Assembly: GCA_044228505.1 (NCBI GenBank)
Contig: JBGAUT010000016.1
Coordinates: forward strand, 43,387 to 107,386
Source: Polyangia bacterium
Lineage (GTDB): Bacteria > Myxococcota_A > Polyangia > Palsa-1104 > JAEUJZ01
Length of the DNA stretch: 64,000 bases
Direction of reading: 5' to 3'
Below are positions 57,455 to 64,000 of the stretch, one piece after another. Every line of letters starts with the position of its first letter. The stretch's first letter is position 1. The position numbers and the translations under genes were made by a program. The notes below the pieces were generated by a model. The model was not told the DNA's origin. It did no database searches and saw only the letters and a list, made by a program, of their open reading frames with translations.

Positions 57455-58011
57455 TGTGCCGTCTCCTCGCTTACCGGATGCGCGTGTGCTTGCTGCGGAG
57501 AAATCCTACGTAGCGCGCTCACCGTCAACCAGCCGGGCCGAGAGATGCGGCACTGGAGCAGACACTCTCCCTCTGCGGCAATTCGAGCCAGGCCCAGCGT
57601 GCTTTGCGTCGATGATGCGCTAGCCAGTCCTTGCTCATAGACGGCGCTTAGTGCAGCCAGGTAGGCCTCTTTGGCACTGGGAAAGAGGCGGATGAACTCG
57701 ATTCGGGCACAGAGCTGCTCCACGCTGACAGAGTCCGGCTCAATCGCATTGCCGATCGCAATGTCCAACTGACCATCGATTTCCTCGACACACAACTCGA
57801 TCGGGCCTGTTTCACCGTGCTTGACGGCATTTTCCAGCAATTCCGAGGCCACCATCGCCATCTGCTCTGCGAGGAGCTCATTGTTCAAGCTCGCCGCAAT
57901 GACCGCCGATACGGCCTGGCGAACCGCCTCAATACAGTCCCATGAAAAGGGCAATCGTAGCCGCAGATGTAAGCGTCCCGGCGCGACGTTGTCGAGGGTA
58001 TTAGAGGCCAT
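57451..58011 (-). CDS. GHKL-type anti-sigma-factor-like Ser/Thr kinase (RsbW/SiaB-like)
   Basis: ASELLENAVKHG (N-box) and a TLGLARIAAEG G-box-like element; 186 aa. Confidence 0.6.
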   Translation of the reverse strand: MASNTLDNVAPGRLHLRLRLPFSWDCIEAVRQAVSAVIAASLNNELLAEQMAMVASELLENAVKHGETGPIELCVEEIDGQLDIAIGNAIEPDSVSVEQLCARIEFIRLFPSAKEAYLAALSAVYEQGLASASSTQSTLGLARIAAEGECLLQCRISRPGWLTVSALRRISPQQAHAHPVSEETAQ

Positions 58012-58330
58012 GCTGCACCGACACTAGGCGGAAGGTGACAGCGTACCACCGAGGGATCCGGGGTGTCGAGGTTGATTCGCAGTCTACCTACGGGTCGGAT
58101 GGGTCGTGCGTACCGGATCCTACAGTCAGACCGGACTCCGCACATGCGTCCTCTCGGCCGAGGGTTCGTGTCCGGCAGAATCTGGCTCTGTGCAGAGTCA
58201 GTAGTCGTGATATCATCGGGGTTTCTCTGTTCAGCGCGAGAGCCACACAGATGCTGACGCGGACACGTCCATATCCCTGATGGGATGAGTCCACTTGGTG
58301 GCTCGCTTTCACGGCAGATTGGGAGTTTTC

Positions 58331-58918
58331 ATGAACCGGTACCAGATTGTCGAATACGAAGCTGCATCGCCCGAAGTTCGAGCCATCTACGATGACGTCA
58401 AGGCCACACTTCAGACCACCAAGCTACCGATTTGGATCAAGGCCCTTGGCGCGTCGCCAACTCTGCTGCGCGGGAACTGGGAAAAGACCAAAGCAGTGCT
58501 CGTCAAAGGTAGCGTTCCGCACCTGCTCAAAGAGCTGATCATTTTCTACATCTCGACCAAGAGAGGCTCGGAATACTGTAGTGCGTGTCATGCGCATGCC
58601 GCTCTGCAGTTGGACCCCAGTCTTACCTATGCGGACCTCAAGAGTCTGGCCAATGGACAGGCCTATGGATCGATGCCCGAGAGCTTCAAGAGCGCGATCA
58701 CCGTTGCCGCCAAGTCAGCACTGTCATCGAGCGAAGTCAGCGATGAGGACTTCAAACTCCTAGAGGATGCCGGATTCACACCGGAGGAGATCGGAGAGAT
58801 CTTGGCGCAGGCCGATCTAGCGGTGATGTTCAACACCATCACCATGACCTACCGGCTGCCCTTGGATCCAGAGTACGTTTCCATGATGCAAGGCCCAGCC
58901 GCCGAACCCTCCGCGTAG
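58331..58918 (+). CDS. carboxymuconolactone decarboxylase (AhpD-like) family protein
   Basis: The CSACHAHA CxxH motif in a CMD fold. GGGAG RBS precedes ATG 58331. Confidence 0.65.
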   Translation: MNRYQIVEYEAASPEVRAIYDDVKATLQTTKLPIWIKALGASPTLLRGNWEKTKAVLVKGSVPHLLKELIIFYISTKRGSEYCSACHAHAALQLDPSLTYADLKSLANGQAYGSMPESFKSAITVAAKSALSSSEVSDEDFKLLEDAGFTPEEIGEILAQADLAVMFNTITMTYRLPLDPEYVSMMQGPAAEPSA

Positions 58919-58935
58919 AGTCCTACAGGAGGACC

Positions 58936-60276
58936 ATGGAACCCAAGGACTGCGTTCCGATTCTCCCACAGCGAGATGTCAGCACGCAGATTCGTTATGA
59001 GACGCTGATTCAGCTCATCGTTCAGCTGAATCAAGCGAGCTCGCTTCCCGCTGCTGCTGCTGCCCTGGTTTCGGGCATCAAGTACATCGTGCAGGTCAAG
59101 CAGTGGCGACTACTCCAGATCGAAGACCACGCCATTGTCGAGATAAGTGGAGACCTGCGCAGTCTTGATCTCAAAGCGGTCGACAAAGAAGATATCTCGG
59201 CCTTCGAGCGGACCGTCTTGGCCACCGGAGCACCCCTCCTGCTCGGTCCAGCAGAGATACTGTCTCGACGATCGGAGTTGCCAGCGCAGTTGGCCGGCAG
59301 TGGTGTGGAACAGATCTATGCGCTGCCAGCGCGCCTTCCGAATGGTACACCGGACAACGTATTCCTGATTGGTACAAGTGGTGCCAGCTTCAGCAGTCTT
59401 GATCTCAAGTTTGCGGGACTGGTCGCACGTTTGTTTTCGGACAAAGTGAAACAGCTTCGCACCGAAGCAAAGCTGCTGCAGGCAGAGCGTGAGATTCGTG
59501 AACGGAATCGTCAACTGGCCGAGACGCTGCATACTCTTGAGGAACGAGACTACGCCATTCAAGAGGACTTGGAACAGGCTCAGGGTTTTCAGCGAAGCCT
59601 CCTGACGATTCTGCCGAAGTCGGTGTCGCTGCAGTTTGCCAGCCTGTATTTGCCCGCAGAGAAGGTCGGGGGCGACATCTACGATGTGTCTGAGATCTCT
59701 CCCGATGTGTTCCGTTTGTTCCTGGCAGATACCACAGGACATGGTGTGCAGGCCTCACTGCGGACCATGGTGCTAAAGACTACGTATGATCGAATCAAAC
59801 TCGATGCCCCCGACCCAGCCTCTGCGCTGTACGCACTCAACCAATCACTCTGTGGCAACTACCCAGGCCTCGAACTGATGTGTACTGCGAGCTGTGTCGA
59901 CATCAGCGCCCGCACGGGAGTGGTCCGGTATGCCAACTGTGGTCAGGTTCCGATCCTGCTGCTGCAGGACCGACTTGTGCAGGAGCTGTATCAGCCCGGA
60001 CCATTTCTGGGAATGTCATCCGAGATTGAGCTGGTGAGTCAGGAGCTGGAGCTTCCCATCGGAGGCCGCATGCTGATAAGTACCGATGGACTGTACGAGC
60101 AGCGCAATCGCAGCGGAGAAGAGCTGGGGGTTGGGAATGTGGGGCGAATCGTGGCGACTGCTCCTCGTCTGGCAGATGCACTGATCCAGCTTACACAGGA
60201 AGTGAACCGGTACGCTCAGGCACCCTCCGAGCAGAATGACGACATCACCGTGCTGGCCATCGAACGAACTTCATGA
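58936..60276 (+). CDS. GAF-domain PP2C-family (SpoIIE/RsbU-like) Ser/Thr phosphatase
   Basis: An N-terminal GAF-like region, a coiled-coil linker, then GGDIYDV...FLADTTGHGVQAS...DGLYE, the PP2C metal-binding motifs. AGGAGG RBS upstream. Confidence 0.8.
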   Translation: MEPKDCVPILPQRDVSTQIRYETLIQLIVQLNQASSLPAAAAALVSGIKYIVQVKQWRLLQIEDHAIVEISGDLRSLDLKAVDKEDISAFERTVLATGAPLLLGPAEILSRRSELPAQLAGSGVEQIYALPARLPNGTPDNVFLIGTSGASFSSLDLKFAGLVARLFSDKVKQLRTEAKLLQAEREIRERNRQLAETLHTLEERDYAIQEDLEQAQGFQRSLLTILPKSVSLQFASLYLPAEKVGGDIYDVSEISPDVFRLFLADTTGHGVQASLRTMVLKTTYDRIKLDAPDPASALYALNQSLCGNYPGLELMCTASCVDISARTGVVRYANCGQVPILLLQDRLVQELYQPGPFLGMSSEIELVSQELELPIGGRMLISTDGLYEQRNRSGEELGVGNVGRIVATAPRLADALIQLTQEVNRYAQAPSEQNDDITVLAIERTS

Positions 60277-60304
60277 ACGCCGCCGGTGCTTCTGTTGTGC
60301 TCGG

Positions 60305-61030
60305 TCAGTGCTTGTGCGGACTGACGTAGAGGTTGTGGGGGAGAAAGCGAAACTGAAACGACGGAAAGCGTGGGCCTCTGTAGAAACAAAACCGCGCACC
60401 CAGCACGCACAGCATGAACAGAGAACCGATGTCCGCAAAGCCGAGTCGGCGGTGTGCCTGTAGCGAAGGGAGATTGCTGGGATCGACTTCGGTATAGACG
60501 TTGACGATGCCCTCTGTTCCTAGGCTACGAACCCACGAAAAGAAGATCTGTTGAATCCGACCCTGGCCGCGAAACTCGGGCTTGATGTACACATCTCGCC
60601 AAAAGAAGTGACGCTGGGAATCGAGTTCAAAGCGATAACCGGTGTCGGAGCGGATGGTCGATGGGCTGCTCACCCAAGCATACCCAACGCGGACAGAATC
60701 GTCGGTCAGGCACCAGCAAGACTCACCGCGCCGGAGTGCGGCAACCAGGACCGCCTCGCTCAGATCATTGAACCCGACGAGCTGAAGTGTCGCTTCTGGG
60801 GTCAGGCGTTCTGCTGTCGCCGAATGATCTCTGAGAACGGTCGCGAGGTTGATGCTGTTTTCAAACAGCACCCTGCGATCCCAGCTTAGCCAAGGGTTGC
60901 CCGATGGGAAGACTCTCTTGAGCACAGCGTGCAGCAATCCCCCGATGCCAGCGGTCCGCAAGAGCTGTCGTGCCCGCTGGAGTTTTCTGACCACGCTCAC
61001 CGCTGAACTCCTGTCGTTCGTCTCATCCAT
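60305..61030 (-). CDS. GNAT-fold N-acetyltransferase-like protein
   Basis: FRGQGRIQQIFFSW, the acetyl-CoA-binding Q/RxxGxG/A motif. The start is uncertain; the track ORF extends to 61168. Confidence 0.5.
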   Translation of the reverse strand: MDETNDRSSAVSVVRKLQRARQLLRTAGIGGLLHAVLKRVFPSGNPWLSWDRRVLFENSINLATVLRDHSATAERLTPEATLQLVGFNDLSEAVLVAALRRGESCWCLTDDSVRVGYAWVSSPSTIRSDTGYRFELDSQRHFFWRDVYIKPEFRGQGRIQQIFFSWVRSLGTEGIVNVYTEVDPSNLPSLQAHRRLGFADIGSLFMLCVLGARFCFYRGPRFPSFQFRFLPHNLYVSPHKH

Positions 61031-61068
61031 GTGCTGAGTGACCCATCCGAGCAGATTCTGTGTGGAGA

Positions 61069-61632
61069 TCAGTCGGTGTCCATCAGTTCTCGATAAAAGA
61101 CCGTGGTACTGCACAGCCCACCGTGTGGGAAGAGCGCATAGCCGGGAATGACGCCACAGCGCTGCCATCCCAGCTCAACATAGAGTCGCTCGGCATCGCT
61201 TCCGGTGACGGTGTCTAGCACGAGCAGGGTTCGTCCGGCTTGTCGCGCACAACTCTCGGCCGCCCGCATCAGCGCCGCTCCAACTCCACGTCGGCGCACA
61301 CTGCGGTGCACTTGCATCTTGGCGACATCGGCTCGGTGCGGTTGGTTGTCTGGCATGGTCAGCACCACCTGCACGGTGCCGATGACGGCTTTGGACGCGA
61401 GATCTTCGGCGATGAGCACAATCCGTTCCCCGCGTTGGGCACTGCCAAGGACGCTCTGCCAAAATGCCACGGCTTTTGCTCTTGGTAGCGGATGCATGAA
61501 TCCGATCGATGCGCCGCCTTCGACGCAGTCGATCAGCACATCAGCCAGCGCTTCGGCCTCTGCGAGGCTTGAATGGGCAGGGCGAATACGGAACAAGGCA
61601 GTCATGAGACACCAGATGTAGGCAACGCTCAT
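61069..61632 (-). CDS. GNAT family N-acetyltransferase
   Basis: VHRSVRRRGVGAALMRAAE (motif A). Confidence 0.75.
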   Translation of the reverse strand: MSVAYIWCLMTALFRIRPAHSSLAEAEALADVLIDCVEGGASIGFMHPLPRAKAVAFWQSVLGSAQRGERIVLIAEDLASKAVIGTVQVVLTMPDNQPHRADVAKMQVHRSVRRRGVGAALMRAAESCARQAGRTLLVLDTVTGSDAERLYVELGWQRCGVIPGYALFPHGGLCSTTVFYRELMDTD

Positions 61633-61771
61633 ATGGCACGGCCTGTGCCTCTGTGAACACTGGGGATTTCAAAAAAGTGACCCAGCTGGTGACAGATCGC
61701 CGTGACCCCGGTGTTTGAGGGAGCGAGCAGACAAACTGCCCCCCAAACTCCGATACCACCGAGGTGATGTC

Positions 61772-62125
61772 ATGCGTAGCCTATCCCTTCGTTCGCTTGC
61801 GACCGCGCTGCAGCTTCCTGTTCTTGCCGCCGCGATGCTCTTTGGCTCGGGCTGTTTCAAGACCACCGCCATCATCCCGAACTACCCCATGGCGATTTCG
61901 GAAACCAAGACCCTGTGGACCAATGGATTCTTCTGGGGAGCTGTTGGTGACACCGTGGACACTGGCGCGGTCTGTGATGGTCGTCCGGTCACTCGGGTGA
62001 CCACCGACCGCAGCTTTGGAAACGCCGTGGTGTCGTGGGTCACGCTCGGAATCTACACACCATCGCGGATGCGTGTCACCTGTGGCCAGCCGCCCGCTCA
62101 CGCCGGGTACTACCAGGGTTACTAG
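61772..62125 (+). CDS. Bor-family lipoprotein
   Basis: Lipobox LFGSGCF. The C-terminus AVVSWVTLGIYTPSRMRVTCGQ matches the Bor signature (GFITLGIYTP...VYCSQ). Confidence 0.55.
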   Translation: MRSLSLRSLATALQLPVLAAAMLFGSGCFKTTAIIPNYPMAISETKTLWTNGFFWGAVGDTVDTGAVCDGRPVTRVTTDRSFGNAVVSWVTLGIYTPSRMRVTCGQPPAHAGYYQGY

Positions 62126-62195
62126 TCCCATCTGATCGGATTCGACGGACTGAATCTCTGTTCGCATGCGCATTCGCCTGGGACCATGAGTAGGC

Positions 62196-63020
62196 TTGCG
62201 GCACAATCGGCGCATGACTCGTCCCTCTGAAAGAGACCTTGATCTCTTGGTTGATGCGCTGCGGCCACTGTCGCAGCTGGTCAGACCGTACTTCGATGGA
62301 CTGGAGCGCATCCCTGATTCCCGGCCGCTGCTGTTGGTTGGGAATCACACGCTCTACGGAGTCATCGACCTGCCATTCCTGTTCACAGAGCTTTGGCATA
62401 AAAAGCGCATCTGCATTCGCGGGTTGGGAGATCATTTTCACTTCAAAGTTCCTCTGTGGCGGGACTTCTTGGTTCGCTTTGGTGCCGTGGAAGGAACTCC
62501 CGAAAATTGTGCCCAGTTGATGCGACAAGGTGAATCGATCCTGGTCTTCCCTGGTGGCTCGCGAGAAGTGTTCAAGCGCAAAGGCGAGCAGTATCGGCTG
62601 ATATGGAAAGAGCGACTTGGCTTTGCTCGGCTCGCGATGGCGTATCGCTGCACCATCATTCCTTTCGCTGCGGTTGGTGCCGATGACTGTTACGACATTG
62701 TGTTCGATGGCGAAGAACTGCTCGCGACTCCGCTTGGTCGTTTGGCGCAGCGAATGGGATTGAAGCCTGATATGGCAGTACCGATCTCGCGGGGACTGCT
62801 CGGCACGCCGCTGCCTCGGCCAGAGCGCTTCTACTTTTCGTTCGGGGATCCGATTGTCGCGGAAGGGGATGCTACGGACTTGGATGCGGTTCGAGCCTTG
62901 CGCGATCGGACCCATGCTGCGGTGCGGGCTCGCTTGGATCACCTACTCAAGGTGCGAGCACAGGACCAGGATCGACCCCTGACCCGGCGACTGCTACGTG
63001 CGATCGGCGATCTCTTCTGA
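62196..63020 (+). CDS. lysophospholipid (1-acyl-sn-glycerol-3-phosphate) acyltransferase, PlsC family
   Basis: VGNHTLYGVID (the H-x4-D acyltransferase motif) and VFPGGSRE (the substrate-binding motif). Confidence 0.75.
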   Translation: MRHNRRMTRPSERDLDLLVDALRPLSQLVRPYFDGLERIPDSRPLLLVGNHTLYGVIDLPFLFTELWHKKRICIRGLGDHFHFKVPLWRDFLVRFGAVEGTPENCAQLMRQGESILVFPGGSREVFKRKGEQYRLIWKERLGFARLAMAYRCTIIPFAAVGADDCYDIVFDGEELLATPLGRLAQRMGLKPDMAVPISRGLLGTPLPRPERFYFSFGDPIVAEGDATDLDAVRALRDRTHAAVRARLDHLLKVRAQDQDRPLTRRLLRAIGDLF

Positions 63021-63124
63021 ACAGATGCGCTTGTGACATCAACGAATTGACGTTCGTTTCGTCGGCGATCCATATTCCGCGCAGATTGGCCGGAAACAGG
63101 CTGTGGCGTGGAAGGAGATTTGTG

Positions 63125-64000
63125 ATGAAGCGACTTTCGTGGATGATGTGTGGTGCCCTGTTGGTGCTTGCTGATGGGGGTTGCACGGAGTCGGGTGGTG
63201 GGCAGCCTGGGTCCGGTCCTCGGGGTGAAAAGGGTGATCCAGGAGACACCGGCGCAAAAGGTGACAAGGGGGACAAAGGCGAGCCTGGCGCGATGGGGGC
63301 AGCGGGAGTAGCCGGTGCCACCGGTCCGATGGGACCGATGGGTGTGCAAGGTAGCAAGGGCGACAAGGGAGATCCGGGCTCACCGGGAGCGACAGGCGCG
63401 ACCGGAGCGACAGGTTCGACCGGAGCGACAGGTTCAACCGGAGCCGCAGGCGCAACCGGAGCCACAGGCGCAACCGGAGCCAAGGGCGATCGCGGAGACA
63501 AAGGTGACCCGGGACCGCAAGGACCGACCGGCCCTGCGGGCAGTGGGGCCTACGCCGAAGATGTGGCGACCTTTGCTGGTTTCACGACCACGACGACGTC
63601 CGGAGCGGTGACAAATGGCCGCTTCGGAATGCACACCCTGTGCGCCGCTGCGTTCCCTGGATCGCATCTGTGTCACTACAGCGAGTATGCCTTCACAAAC
63701 TCTGCGGTCAGTCCCCCCACGGACGGTGCCTGGATCGATCCTTCCTACACGGTCGGGATTGCGGGCGTGCGGCAGTTTTCAGGAACCAGTTGTGATAGCT
63801 GGACGCAGGTTGGCTCGGGCTATTACGGGGTCTACATCTCAACGGCTGGGGCCGCGATGACCACGGACTGCGTGAAGCGCAAAGCACTTGCTTGCTGCAA
63901 CAGTCCAGCCCGCACCAAGTTTGTTGGATTTACCACTGCAACGACCAGTGGCAACGCGGGTGGTCGCATCAAGATGCATCAGATGTGCGTCGCTGAGTTT
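63125..64000 (+). CDS. collagen-like triple-helix repeat lipoprotein with duplicated Cys-containing C-terminal module; 3' end beyond window
   Basis: MKRLSWMMCGALLVLADGGCT, a lipoprotein signal. About 45 uninterrupted Gly-X-Y triplets (GEKGDPGDTGAKGDKGDKGEPG...). Then two copies of FxGFTTxTTSG..GRxxMHxxC. There is no stop before base 64000. Confidence 0.7.
   Translation, partial: MKRLSWMMCGALLVLADGGCTESGGGQPGSGPRGEKGDPGDTGAKGDKGDKGEPGAMGAAGVAGATGPMGPMGVQGSKGDKGDPGSPGATGATGATGSTGATGSTGAAGATGATGATGAKGDRGDKGDPGPQGPTGPAGSGAYAEDVATFAGFTTTTTSGAVTNGRFGMHTLCAAAFPGSHLCHYSEYAFTNSAVSPPTDGAWIDPSYTVGIAGVRQFSGTSCDSWTQVGSGYYGVYISTAGAAMTTDCVKRKALACCNSPARTKFVGFTTATTSGNAGGRIKMHQMCVAEF

Noticed and set aside
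62947-63501. 184-aa minus-strand ORF (PVAPVAPV repeats)
   Set aside because: It is the antisense reading of the collagen Gly-X-Y repeat, which is stop-free by construction.

Overview
This is a high-GC bacterial chromosomal segment, roughly 58-60% GC by eye and densely coding on both strands. It looks Myxococcota-like: a MYXO-CTERM-type tail, several Hanks-type Ser/Thr kinases, Cys-rich repeat and fibrinogen-related secreted proteins, and a collagen-like lipoprotein.

Gene content in window order:
- A chemosensory fragment (5'-truncated CheB, CheR-TPR, CheY-like receiver) followed by a beta-propeller lipoprotein, a sulfotransferase, a 3'-5' exonuclease and a tyrosine integrase.
- A Ser/Thr kinase gene split at its HRDLKPD|NIML catalytic loop by a 4.26-kb insertion flanked by 8-bp direct repeats, carrying a catalase and an 819-aa DMG dehydrogenase/oxidase-family flavoenzyme.
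- A convergent, oddly arranged kinase-fragment ORF; cysE; an orphan fliO-fliP(sctR)-fliQ(sctS) operon; a lipoprotein; a 43-bp tandem repeat array.
- A 943-aa radical-SAM fusion protein, an SRPBCC protein, a secreted vWA-like protein, a methyltransferase, and a TetR/P450 pair with a palindromic operator.
- A fibrinogen-related Cys-repeat protein, a KPEG-repeat protein, a PHB-depolymerase-family esterase lipoprotein coupled to a porin-like barrel, a GntP permease, and a large STAND/TPR/winged-helix regulator.
- A CoA-transferase, then gyrA translationally coupled to a CDP-alcohol phosphatidyltransferase and a TAT-secreted glycoside hydrolase.
- A His-rich metal transporter, an APC permease, hemN-hemJ, a cupin, and PBP1A.
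- A SiaABC-like partner-switching module (two DUF1987-like proteins, a GHKL kinase, a GAF-PP2C phosphatase) with a CMD-family protein, two GNATs, a Bor-like lipoprotein, a PlsC acyltransferase, and a collagen-like lipoprotein running off the window end.

No rRNA, tRNA or CRISPR array was recognised. The most unusual signals are the insertion-split kinase with its oxidase-plus-catalase cargo, the cluster of three kinase fragments near an integrase, and the isolated fliOPQ genes.
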